A stretch of DNA of 39,276 nucleotides. It comes from Novosphingobium sp. Lineage in GTDB: Bacteria; Pseudomonadota; Alphaproteobacteria; Sphingomonadales; Sphingomonadaceae. Every line of letters starts with the position of its first letter. Within the stretch, counting starts at the first letter, position 1. The stretch spans positions 1 to 39,276 of the forward strand of contig JAQVEQ010000001.1 of NCBI GenBank assembly GCA_028697875.1, written 5' to 3'. The position numbers and the translations under genes are program-made. This document shows, one piece after another, positions 20,029 through 28,829 of the stretch. Under the pieces are notes generated by a model that ran no database searches, was not told the origin of the DNA, and was given only the letters and a program-made list of their open reading frames with translations.

Positions 20029-21453
20029 TCAGGCGGAAGCGACGAACTTGAGGTTCTGGTAGGCTTCGAGCCCTTCGATCCCGCCTTCGTGGCCGTGGCC
20101 GCTTTCCTTGACCCCGCCGAACGGGGTTTCCGGCGTGGAGACCGCCAGCGTGTTGATTCCCATCATCCCCGCCTCGATCGCCTCGGACACCGCCTGGCTG
20201 GTCTTGAGCGAGTTGGTGAAGGTGTAGGAAGCGAGGCCGAAGTTCAGCGAATTGGCCCGTTCGATCACTTCGTCGAACGTGCGGAACGGCACCATCGGCA
20301 CGACCGGGCCGAACGGCTCCTGGGTCATCAGCTTGCAGGTGTCGGGCAGGTCGCGGATCACGGTCGGCTGGAAGAAGAACCCCTGGTTGCCGTGCTTGGC
20401 CCCGCCGGTCATGACCTTGCCGCCGTTTTCGCGCGCATCGCGGACGAATGCCTCCATCGCCTCGACCCGGCGCGGATTGGCGAGCGGGCCCATCTCGGTT
20501 CCCGCTTCGAGTCCGGGGCCCAGCCTGCGCGCGGCGGCCAGTTCGGCAAAGCGCGCCACCAGCGGTTCGTACACGTCCTGCTGGATGTAGAAGCGGGTGG
20601 GGGAGACGCAGACCTGGCCGGCATTGCGGAATTTCCCCGCGACCAGCGCCTGCGCCGTCTGTTCGATGTCGACATCGTCGAACACGATCACCGGCGAATG
20701 GCCGCCCAGTTCCATTGTCGTGCGTTTCAGGGTGTCGGCCGCCTGCCGCATCAGCAGCTTGCCCACCGGGACCGAGCCGGTGAACGTGATCTTGCGGACG
20801 ACCTGGGCCTTCATCAGGTATTCGGAAACGAACGCGGGCTGGCCGTAGACCACGTTGAGCACGCCCGCAGGGAGCCCGGCGTCCTGGAAACAGCGCGCCA
20901 TTTCCAGGCAGGTGGCGGGCGTTTCCTCGGACGGCTTGATGATGATCGAGCAGCCCGCCGCGACCGCGCCCGCCATCTTGCGGATCGGGGCGAGGGCGGG
21001 GAAGTTCCACGGGGCGAAGGCCGCGACCACGCCGACCGGTTCGCGCATGACCATCTGGCGCGTGCCGGGCACGCGGGCAGGCACGATGCGGCCATAGGCG
21101 CGCTTGCACTCTTCCCCGTACCATTCGATCACGTCGGCGGCGTAGATCACTTCCAGCCGCGCTTCGCCGATCGGCTTGCCCTGTTCCAGCGTCAACACGG
21201 TGGCCACGTGCTCGGCCCGTTCGCGCAGCAGGTCGCTCGCCTTGCGCATGATCCGCGCGCGTTCCAGCGCGGTGGTCTTGCGCCACGACTTGAACGCCGT
21301 TGCCGCCGCCGCGATCGCGTCGTCCAGCACAGCCTCGTCCGCGAAGGGACAATCGCCGAGCGAAGCCCCGGTGGCGGGGTTGAGCACCGGCTCGCCATGG
21401 CCTTCGCCATTGCGCCATTCGCCGTCGATCAGGAACTGGAGTGTGGGATACAT
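20029..21453 (-). CDS. NAD(P)-dependent aldehyde dehydrogenase, succinate-semialdehyde/ketoglutarate-semialdehyde dehydrogenase-like
   Basis: PWNFP, IKPSEETP, FTGS, ELGGHSP (catalytic Glu), NAGQVCVSP (catalytic Cys), EPFGP, PFGGVKESG. Confidence 0.9.
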   Translation of the reverse strand: MYPTLQFLIDGEWRNGEGHGEPVLNPATGASLGDCPFADEAVLDDAIAAAATAFKSWRKTTALERARIMRKASDLLRERAEHVATVLTLEQGKPIGEARLEVIYAADVIEWYGEECKRAYGRIVPARVPGTRQMVMREPVGVVAAFAPWNFPALAPIRKMAGAVAAGCSIIIKPSEETPATCLEMARCFQDAGLPAGVLNVVYGQPAFVSEYLMKAQVVRKITFTGSVPVGKLLMRQAADTLKRTTMELGGHSPVIVFDDVDIEQTAQALVAGKFRNAGQVCVSPTRFYIQQDVYEPLVARFAELAAARRLGPGLEAGTEMGPLANPRRVEAMEAFVRDARENGGKVMTGGAKHGNQGFFFQPTVIRDLPDTCKLMTQEPFGPVVPMVPFRTFDEVIERANSLNFGLASYTFTNSLKTSQAVSEAIEAGMMGINTLAVSTPETPFGGVKESGHGHEGGIEGLEAYQNLKFVASA

Positions 21454-21496
21454 CGTGCGCCTCTGGTGCCGGTCGGTGTGTATTGCGGGCGGAAGC

Positions 21497-22393
21497 CTAT
21501 TTCTTCAGCAGCGGCTTTTCGATCCCTACCAGATCGGTCAGGGCGTCGAACAGCCCGGTGAAGTCCTTGCCGCCGAAGCCGCGCGCCCGCGCGACGTTAA
21601 GCGCATCGCGCGCCGCGCTGCCGACCATCAGCGGCAGGCCGAACCGGTTCGCCGCGTCGAGCGCGATCGACAGGTCCTTGTGGGCAAGATCGATCTGGAA
21701 GCCGGGCGAAATGTCCCCGGCGAGCGTCTTGGCCGGATAGTAGCTCTGCAGGAAGCCGTTGGTCGCGGTCGTGCCGTTGAGCGCCTTGAGCTCGGTTTCC
21801 AGGTCGATGCCCAGCGCCGCGCCCAGCGTCAGCGCTTCGGCATTGAGCTGCGAGAGGGCGACGGCGAGGAAGTTGTTCACGATCTTGATCCGGATGCCGG
21901 AACCCGGCCCGCCGCAATGGACGATCGTGTCGCCCATCGCGTCGAGCATCGGCCGGACCGTTTCGAGATGCCCGGCTTCCGCGCCCGCCATGAACAGCGA
22001 TTCGCCCCGGTCCGCGTGCATGGCGGAACGGCCCACCGGCGCATCGACGAAGCCGCAGCCCGCATCCTTGCACGCCTGAGCCACCCGGTCGGTCATGGCG
22101 GGGTCGATCGTGCTCATGTCGACGACGATGCCGCCTTGCTTGAGATTGGGCAGGATCTCGCCTTCGACAACGCCTTGGACGTGCTGCGAATTGGGCAGCA
22201 TGGTGAAGATCACGTCGGCCTGGCTTGCCGCGTCGGCGGCGCTGGCGGCAGCGCGGCCGCCTGCTTCGACCACGGCGGCGATCGCGTCCGGGTTGAGGTC
22301 GAATGCGACCACGTCGAAACCGGCGCGCGCGATATTGGACGCCATCGGGCAGCCCATGCGCCCGAGCCCCACGAAACCGACAGTCATGGCCAC
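21497..22393 (-). CDS. Beta-hydroxyacid dehydrogenase, YihU / sulfolactaldehyde 3-reductase-like
   Basis: GLGRMG Rossmann motif, DMSTI.P..TD, DAPVGRS (GR instead of the usual SGG), GIRIKIVNN, IDLAHKDL, all resembling E. coli YihU. RBS GAGGAG before GTG 22393 (alternative ATG 22387). Confidence 0.8.
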   Translation of the reverse strand: MAMTVGFVGLGRMGCPMASNIARAGFDVVAFDLNPDAIAAVVEAGGRAAASAADAASQADVIFTMLPNSQHVQGVVEGEILPNLKQGGIVVDMSTIDPAMTDRVAQACKDAGCGFVDAPVGRSAMHADRGESLFMAGAEAGHLETVRPMLDAMGDTIVHCGGPGSGIRIKIVNNFLAVALSQLNAEALTLGAALGIDLETELKALNGTTATNGFLQSYYPAKTLAGDISPGFQIDLAHKDLSIALDAANRFGLPLMVGSAARDALNVARARGFGGKDFTGLFDALTDLVGIEKPLLKK

Positions 22394-22513
22394 TTTGGAC
22401 AGCTCCTCTCTCTCACTTCGGGGCAGGGGAGTAACCAGCGCCGGAGAGGCAGGCAAGAGCGGTGTTCGAAAAAGGTTGAAAAATCTGCGCGGGCGCGCTC
22501 TTAGCTATGCTTG

Positions 22514-22641
22514 GTATAGTGAAATTGAAGTTCGCACCATTGCAAGTTCGTCACCCTGAACTTGGTTCAGGGTCCATTTCTCCCCACGGACCGTTGGTCC
22601 CGGAGGCGCGATGGATGCTGAACCAAGTTCAGCATGACGGT
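22514..22641 (+). repeat. Copy 1 of a ~128-bp direct repeat containing a CGTC-type REP doublet (core 22549-22639)
   Basis: Left arm CGTCA-CCCTGAAC-TTG-GTTCAGGG-TCCA and inverted right arm TGGA-TGCTGAAC-CAA-GTTCAGCA-TGACG. Confidence 0.9.
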
Positions 22642-22681
22642 TGTCAATAGTGCGAACTAAGGTCCTAGGGAGAATGCCGCC

Positions 22682-23569
22682 ATGGCCGTCGGTCTGATCG
22701 GTCTCGGGAATATCGGATACCATTTTGCCGTGCGATTGCTCGATGCCGGGCACGATCTCGTCGTGTTCGATCTCGACAAGGAGGCGATGGAACGGGTCGT
22801 GGCGCTGGGCGCCAGATGGGCGAACGATGCGAAGGACGTCGCCTCCCAGGCGGAGATCGTTCTCCTTTCGCTGCCCATGCCGCAGATCGCCAGGGACGTC
22901 GCCACCGGAGCGGGCCAGGTGATCGACGGTGCGGCGGTGCGGATCGTGCTCGACCTTTCGACCACCGGCCCGGCGGTCACGCGCGAAATCGCCGCCGCCC
23001 TGGCGGACCGGGGCATCGGCTTCGTCAGCGCGCCGGTCAGCGGCAGCACCGTCGCGGCACAGGCCGGCACGCTGACCGTGATGGCCGCTGGCGAGAAGGC
23101 GGCGTTCGACGAAGTAAAGCCGCTGATGGAAGCGATCGGCAGGAACGTGTTCTACATCGGCGCGGACGCATCGGCCGGGCAGACGATGAAGCTGATCAAC
23201 AACACGCTCTATACGGCCAGCATGATCGCCACTTGCGAAGCCTTCGTCTACGGTGTCAAGGCCGGGCTCGATTTCCAGACCATCCTCGACGTGCTCAACG
23301 TGTCGAGCGGGCGTTCGTTCGCCTCGATGGAACGCATTCCGGGCAGCGTGCTCGACCGCAGCTTCCCGCTGCGCTTCACCACCAACCTGCTCAACAAGGA
23401 CGTGAAGATGCTGGTCGAGGATGCCGAACGGCTCGGCGTCCCGATGACGGTCAATCCCGTCGCGCGCGAGTACCTCGACTTCGCGGTTTCGCAAGGGCTG
23501 GGCGAGAAGGACAATGTCGAACTGATCAAGCTGATCGAGAAAGCGGCCGGGGTCACGGTCGGCGGTTAG
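22682..23569 (+). CDS. NAD(P)-dependent beta-hydroxyacid dehydrogenase (3-hydroxyisobutyrate dehydrogenase family)
   Basis: IGLGNIG, LSLP, DLSTTGP, APVSG, MKLINN (catalytic Lys), NKDV. RBS GGGAG. Confidence 0.88.
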   Translation: MAVGLIGLGNIGYHFAVRLLDAGHDLVVFDLDKEAMERVVALGARWANDAKDVASQAEIVLLSLPMPQIARDVATGAGQVIDGAAVRIVLDLSTTGPAVTREIAAALADRGIGFVSAPVSGSTVAAQAGTLTVMAAGEKAAFDEVKPLMEAIGRNVFYIGADASAGQTMKLINNTLYTASMIATCEAFVYGVKAGLDFQTILDVLNVSSGRSFASMERIPGSVLDRSFPLRFTTNLLNKDVKMLVEDAERLGVPMTVNPVAREYLDFAVSQGLGEKDNVELIKLIEKAAGVTVGG

Positions 23570-23696
23570 TATGGTGGAAGCGAGGTTCGCTACACTGCAA
23601 GTTCGTCACCCTGAACTTGGTTCAGGGTCCATTTCTCCCCACGCACCGGCATATCTGGAGGCGGAATGGATGCTGAAACAAGTTCAGCATGACGGT
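23569..23696 (+). repeat. Copy 2 of the ~128-bp direct repeat / REP doublet (core 23604-23694)
   Basis: Ungapped alignment to 22514-22641 at offset 1055, 19 mismatches in 128 nt by hand count. Confidence 0.9.
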
Positions 23697-23774
23697 CTAA
23701 AAACGACATGAACTTTGCTTCCACCATACTGGCCGGGCGGCTGAGCCGGCAAACATGAAGAGAGGGAATTCCCG

Positions 23775-24356
23775 ATGGGACTGCTGAAAATCCGCAAGAA
23801 GCTGCTCAACGTTGAAACCATCTACCATGAAGGCGGCCCGGTGGCGTCCGAACCGCTGCTCCAGGCGAGCGTGGCGGTGGTCATCAACAACCCCTATGCC
23901 GGGCGTTATGTGGAGGACCTGTCCGACCTGGTCGAAGCTTCCAAGGAGATCGCCAAGGACATCGTGCCCGAACTGCTCGACGCCGTCGGCGGGGCGGACA
24001 AGGTGGAAACTTACGGCAAGGGCGCGATCGTCGGCCTCAATGGCGAGCTGGAACACGGCGCCGTGTGGCACGAGGCGGGCGGCTGGTCGCTGCGCGCGAT
24101 GCTGCCCAAGGCCAAGGCGCTGGTCCCGGCGGCCAAGGCCGTGGCCGCCGCCGGGTATCGCCTGCCGATCCCGGTTCACAATATCGAGGCGTGCTACGTG
24201 CGCAGCCATTTCAGCAGCGTCGAAGTCGGCGCACTCGACGCGCCGCGCCCGGACGAGCTGTTCTACGCGCTTGCGGTCGGCACCGGCGGGCGCATTCACG
24301 AACGGCTCGGCGGCCTCAGGGTGGAGGACATTTCGGTCCATGACGGCCAGCGCTGA
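23775..24356 (+). CDS. DUF1185 / 'amino acid synthesis family' protein
   Basis: ETIYHEGGP, NPYAGRY, YGKGAIVG.NGELEHGA, YVRSHF, DAPRPDE, GGRIHERLGGL. RBS GAGGGA. Confidence 0.85.
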   Translation: MGLLKIRKKLLNVETIYHEGGPVASEPLLQASVAVVINNPYAGRYVEDLSDLVEASKEIAKDIVPELLDAVGGADKVETYGKGAIVGLNGELEHGAVWHEAGGWSLRAMLPKAKALVPAAKAVAAAGYRLPIPVHNIEACYVRSHFSSVEVGALDAPRPDELFYALAVGTGGRIHERLGGLRVEDISVHDGQR

Positions 24357-25314
24357 TCCGGAAAAGCCGGTCGTTCTCGTGCTGGTGTTCCTGTCGGAGG
24401 AACACCGCCAGCTCGTCGGCGACACGTTCGAGATGATCTATGCCCCGAACGAGGACCTGGGGAAGGATCGTTCGGCCGGCCGGGCGGCGATGGCCGCGCG
24501 CGGGCAGGACATCCGCATCGTGCTGACCAACGGCACCAACGGCATTCTGCCGGAAGAGATCGACGCGCTGCCCAATCTCGAACTGATCTGCACGCTGGGC
24601 GTCGGCTACGAAAACGTCGCGCTCGACCATGCGCGGGCGCGCGGCATTCCGATCGCCAATGCGGCGGGAACCAATGCCGAATGCGTCGCCGACCACACGA
24701 TGATGATCCTGCTCGCCGCCGTGCGCGGGTTGCTGTTCCTCGATACGAGCACGCGCAACGGCCTCTATCGCGACGACCTGCCGCGCCCGCCGCATATCTC
24801 GGGCCGCAGGCTCGGGCTGGTCGGCATGGGTTCGATCGGGCAGGCGGTCGTCCGCCGCGCCCAGGGGTTCGATTTCGAAATCGGATACTGCACTCGCAGC
24901 GAACGGCCGGAACTGCCCTATCCCTGGTTCGCCGATGTGTGCGATCTGGCCGAATGGTGCGACGTCCTGGTGGTCGCCGCGCCGGGGGGCAAGGAAACGC
25001 ACCACATGGTCGGCGCGCAAGTGCTCGATGCGCTTGGCCCCGCGGGCGTCGTGGTCAATGTCGCGCGTGGATCGCTGCTTGATACGGCGGCACTGGCGCA
25101 GGCGCTGCGCGAGGGGCGGATCATGGCCGCCGCGCTTGACGTCTACGAAGGCGAGCCGGTTGCGCCGGCCGAACTGCTGGACATGCAGAACGTCGTCCTG
25201 ACCCCGCACATCGCCGGGATATCGCCCCAGGCGATCCATAATTCGGTAGTCCGCTTCATCGACAACACCCAGCGCCACCTTGCGGGCGAGCCGCTGATTT
25301 CCCCGGTGGTCTGA
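24340..25314 (+). CDS. D-isomer-specific 2-hydroxyacid dehydrogenase (probably NADPH-preferring)
   Basis: GVGYEN, VADH, GMGSIG, YCTR (Arg after the second beta strand), VNVARGS, LDVYEGEP, TPHIAG. RBS GGAGGA; 17-nt overlap with DUF1185. Confidence 0.9.
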   Translation: MTASADPEKPVVLVLVFLSEEHRQLVGDTFEMIYAPNEDLGKDRSAGRAAMAARGQDIRIVLTNGTNGILPEEIDALPNLELICTLGVGYENVALDHARARGIPIANAAGTNAECVADHTMMILLAAVRGLLFLDTSTRNGLYRDDLPRPPHISGRRLGLVGMGSIGQAVVRRAQGFDFEIGYCTRSERPELPYPWFADVCDLAEWCDVLVVAAPGGKETHHMVGAQVLDALGPAGVVVNVARGSLLDTAALAQALREGRIMAAALDVYEGEPVAPAELLDMQNVVLTPHIAGISPQAIHNSVVRFIDNTQRHLAGEPLISPVV

Positions 25315-25323
25315 GAGCGCGGG

Positions 25324-26703
25324 ATGGGCGGCCTGCGCAGCGATCTTGCGGAACTGCTCGGTGACGGGGCGCTGGTCCCGGCGGACGAGCAGGAACGGTA
25401 CGAGCGCGGTTACCGCTATGGCAGTGGCAGGGCCGCCGCCGTCGTGCGCCCGGCCGATACCGAAGGCGTGCGGACGGTCATGCGCCTGTGCCGCGCGCGC
25501 GGGGTGCGGATCGTCCCGCAGGGCGCGCATACCGGGCTGACCGGCGCCGCCACCCCGGACGCGAGCGGGACACAGGTCGTTCTCAGCCTCGAACGGCTGC
25601 GCGCGATCTGGGTCGATCCGCTCAACCGCACGGCGACCTGCGGGGCGGGCACGCTGCTCAGCGCTCTCAATGCCGAGGCGGAAAAGCATGGCCTTCACTT
25701 GCCGATCGACCTCGGGGCCGACCCTTCGCTCGGCGGGATGGTCGCGACCAACACCGGCGGATCGCGCCTGTTGCGCTATGGCGGGATGCGCGAACAGGTC
25801 ATCGGGCTGGAAGCCGTATTCGCGGACGAGGACCTGACCGTCGCCAGCGATTGCCAAGGCCTCAGGAAAGACAATGTCGGGCTCGATCTCAAGCAGTTGC
25901 TGGTCGGCACCGGCGGACGCTTCGGCGTGGTGACCGGGGTGCAGGTCGCCCTGCATCCGGTCATCCGCCAGAGCCACACCGCGCTGGCCGTGCCTGCCCG
26001 GCTGGCCGACGTGCCGCGGATCGTCGGCGCGCTGGAAGCGCAGCTCGACACGTTCCTGCTCGCCTGCGAAGGCATGTCGCAAGCGGCGATGAAGGCCGCG
26101 TTCGATACGCATCCGGTCTTGCGCCAGCCCTTTGCCGACTTGCCCGATTATGCCCTGCTGGTGGAAGTGGGGGCGGCCTCCGTGGGGCAGGACCTCGACC
26201 TTGCGGCGGCGCTCGAACAGGCGCTTGTGTCCTGCATGGAAGGCGACGAGCCGTGGCTTGCCGATGCTCTGGTCGGGCGGGGCGAGAATTTCTGGGCGGT
26301 GCGCCATGCGATCAGCGACGGGCTCAAGGCGCTCGGCCGGGTAATCGGGCTCGACATTTCGGTCCGGCGGGATCGCCTGCCGGAGCTGCGTGACCGGCTG
26401 GCCGGACTTGTCCATACCGCCGCGCCGGGCCTGCTGGTATGCGATTTCGGCCATGTCGCCGATGGGGGAATGCACTTCAATCTCGTCGTTCCGCCGGCGT
26501 TCGATTTCGCGCCCGAAGCCGAAGCGGCCTTGCGCGAGGCGGTGCTGGATGTGGTGGTGCGCGAATTCGGCGGCAGCTTCAGCGCCGAACACGGAATCGG
26601 CCCGGCCAACAAGGCACAATACGAACGCTATCGCCAGGCGGGCGAGCGCAGGCTGATCGAGGGGATCAAGGCACTGGTTGACCCGGCGGGGGTGCTGCCG
26701 TGA
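25324..26703 (+). CDS. FAD-binding oxidoreductase, D-lactate / D-2-hydroxyglutarate dehydrogenase-like (VAO/PCMH family)
   Basis: PQGAHTGLTGAATP, GGMVATNTGG.R.LRYG, LRKDNVG.DLKQL, FGHVADGGMH, SFSAEHGIG, DPAGVL. Confidence 0.88.
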   Translation: MGGLRSDLAELLGDGALVPADEQERYERGYRYGSGRAAAVVRPADTEGVRTVMRLCRARGVRIVPQGAHTGLTGAATPDASGTQVVLSLERLRAIWVDPLNRTATCGAGTLLSALNAEAEKHGLHLPIDLGADPSLGGMVATNTGGSRLLRYGGMREQVIGLEAVFADEDLTVASDCQGLRKDNVGLDLKQLLVGTGGRFGVVTGVQVALHPVIRQSHTALAVPARLADVPRIVGALEAQLDTFLLACEGMSQAAMKAAFDTHPVLRQPFADLPDYALLVEVGAASVGQDLDLAAALEQALVSCMEGDEPWLADALVGRGENFWAVRHAISDGLKALGRVIGLDISVRRDRLPELRDRLAGLVHTAAPGLLVCDFGHVADGGMHFNLVVPPAFDFAPEAEAALREAVLDVVVREFGGSFSAEHGIGPANKAQYERYRQAGERRLIEGIKALVDPAGVLP

Positions 26704-26740
26704 TACGGTGGCCCGGCAAGGGTATGCGGGAGGGGCGTAG

Positions 26741-27970
26741 ATGAGCAATGACGAAACACAGCCGTCCGGCCGCAAGAGCCTCGCGCTTCATGGCTATGCC
26801 TCGGCCGATGCCGGCGGCCGCAGCGGTGCGCTGAGCCTCAACGATTACGAGGAACTGGCGCGCAGGCACTTGCCGCGCCCGCTGTTCGGCTATCTGTCCG
26901 GCGCGGCGGAGGAAAACTGGTCGCTGGACGAAAATCGCCTGGCGCTCTCCCGCATCGGGCTTGTCCCGCGCGTGCTGGTCGATACCGGGGCGCGGACGAC
27001 CGCGACCAGCCTGCTCGGCAGGCAATGGGATCTGCCGATCGGCATTGCGCCGATGGGGCTGGCGGCATTGATGGCCTATCGCGGGGACGTGGCCCTGGCA
27101 CGCGCGGCGGCGGCGGAAAACATCCCGATGATCCTCAGCGGATCGTCGCTCACGTCGCTGGAGGAAGTGGCGCAGGCCGCGCCGGGATCGTGGTTCCAGG
27201 CCTACCTGCCCGCCGAACACGACTGGATCGACCCGATGCTCGACCGGGTGGAACGGGCCGGATACGAAGTGCTGGTCCTCACGCTCGACGTGCCGGTCCA
27301 TGCCAACCGGGAAAACCTCGTCCGGGTCGGTTTCACCACGCCGCTTCGCCCTTCGCTGCGGCTCGCGTGGGACGGTCTCGCGCGGCCGCGCTGGCTGGCG
27401 GGCACGTTCGCCCGCACCCTGATGCGGCGGGGAATGCTCCATTTCGAGAATTCCAGCGCCGAACGCGGCATGCCGATCATCGCACGCGACGCCGCACGCC
27501 AGTTCGGGCAGCGCGACCGGGTGAACTGGGAAACGCTGGCCCATATCCGCCGCCGCTGGAAAGGCCGTTTCCTGGTCAAGGGCGTGCTCCACCCCGACGA
27601 TGCGCGCATGGCGAGGGAACACGGCGTCGACGGGGTGATCGTGTCCAACCATGGCGGGCGTCAGCTCGACGGGGCGATTGCCCCGATCGATGCGTTGCCG
27701 GGAATCGTCGATGCCGTGGGCGCCGGCCTGCCGGTGATGATCGACAGCGGGTTCCGCCGGGGCGGCGATGTGCTGAAAGCGCTCGCGCTCGGTGCGCGCA
27801 TGGTCTTCGTCGGCCGCCCGATGCTCTATGCGGCGGCGGTCGGCGGCGAGGACGAAGTGCGCCATGCGATCGGCATGATGCACACGGAAATCGACCGCAA
27901 CATGGCGCTGATGGGCGTCACGCGCCCCGATGAGTTGACGCGCGGCCATGTCCGGGCAGTCCGTGGCTGA
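26741..27970 (+). CDS. FMN-dependent L-alpha-hydroxy acid dehydrogenase/oxidase (LldD/MdlB family)
   Basis: APMG, WFQAY, TLDVP..NRE, VKG, SNHGGRQLD, DSGFRRG.D..KALALGA, GRP. RBS GGAGG. Confidence 0.92.
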   Translation: MSNDETQPSGRKSLALHGYASADAGGRSGALSLNDYEELARRHLPRPLFGYLSGAAEENWSLDENRLALSRIGLVPRVLVDTGARTTATSLLGRQWDLPIGIAPMGLAALMAYRGDVALARAAAAENIPMILSGSSLTSLEEVAQAAPGSWFQAYLPAEHDWIDPMLDRVERAGYEVLVLTLDVPVHANRENLVRVGFTTPLRPSLRLAWDGLARPRWLAGTFARTLMRRGMLHFENSSAERGMPIIARDAARQFGQRDRVNWETLAHIRRRWKGRFLVKGVLHPDDARMAREHGVDGVIVSNHGGRQLDGAIAPIDALPGIVDAVGAGLPVMIDSGFRRGGDVLKALALGARMVFVGRPMLYAAAVGGEDEVRHAIGMMHTEIDRNMALMGVTRPDELTRGHVRAVRG

Positions 27971-28697
27971 GGCGGACACCCGCAAGGAAGGCTGCCCGGC
28001 ACGGCGCGGACGCCCGCGCCGCCTGCGGCTCGACCAGATCCTCGAGGCGGCGCTCAAGGTCGGGTTGCAGGATCTGACGATGGAAGCGGTCGCGCGCGAG
28101 CTCGGCGTCGCCAAGGCGGTGCTCTACAACTACGTCGGCAATCGCGAGGAACTGGTCCAGCTCGCTTCCGCGCGGCTCACGCGGCAGCGCTTTTCGCCAG
28201 AGGATAGGGGACAGCCGTGGACGGTCTATGTGCTCGAACATTGCCGGGCGATGTTCGATGCGCTGACGGGCGACGGGCAACTGCTCGAATCGTGGATGGA
28301 AGGCGGCTATGCGCCCCGGGTCGAAGTCGATGCGACCGAGACATGGCTGGGAGCGATGACGAAGCGCGGTTTTTCCGGGCCCGAGGCGCTGCAACTGCTC
28401 AACGCCGTGGCAATCCTGACAGTGGGTGCGGCCGCGCATTACAAGCACGACCAGGCGCTGAAACGCGCTGGCACCCCGCGGCAGGAAAGCGCGAAGGCGG
28501 CCATTGCCGCGCGCCCCGCCGCCCATGCGACGCTGCTGCGCCAGTTCGTCGACGTCTTCGCACGCGAGCCGACCGAGGGGAACTGGGAATATTCGCTCTA
28601 CCTCCTGCTGCGCGGCGTCGCCGCCGCCCGCGAGGTGCTGGCCGATCCCGCCGCCGGCGCGGATTTCGAAGCCCTGTCGCAGCAGGGTGAATCTTGA
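27948..28697 (+). CDS. TetR/AcrR-family transcriptional regulator
   Basis: GRPRRL…ILEAAL…LTMEAVARELGVAKAVLYNYVGNREEL helix-turn-helix. Overlaps the upstream gene by 23 nt. Confidence 0.9.
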   Translation: MSGQSVAEADTRKEGCPARRGRPRRLRLDQILEAALKVGLQDLTMEAVARELGVAKAVLYNYVGNREELVQLASARLTRQRFSPEDRGQPWTVYVLEHCRAMFDALTGDGQLLESWMEGGYAPRVEVDATETWLGAMTKRGFSGPEALQLLNAVAILTVGAAAHYKHDQALKRAGTPRQESAKAAIAARPAAHATLLRQFVDVFAREPTEGNWEYSLYLLLRGVAAAREVLADPAAGADFEALSQQGES

Positions 28698-28829
28698 GGC
28701 AGGACAGGCTGCCCGTTACGTTGTTTCGATGCTGGGGGAGGTGGTCAGTGGTCTGAGCCCGAAGTTTCTAACATCTACGAGTAGAGCCTTGGGCGGTTTT
28801 GGTGCCCGTCATTGGGCGTGATGGCAACA

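Noticed and set aside
22514-23696. Repeats as a CRISPR array or IS ends
   Set aside because: Only two copies 1 kb apart, with internal REP-type hairpins and no cas or transposase gene.
28800-28807. TGGTGCCC matching the tRNA-Phe 3' end, a possible att remnant just upstream of the car promoter
   Set aside because: Only 8 bp; roughly one chance occurrence is expected in a GC-rich window of this size. The position is suggestive but not supportable.
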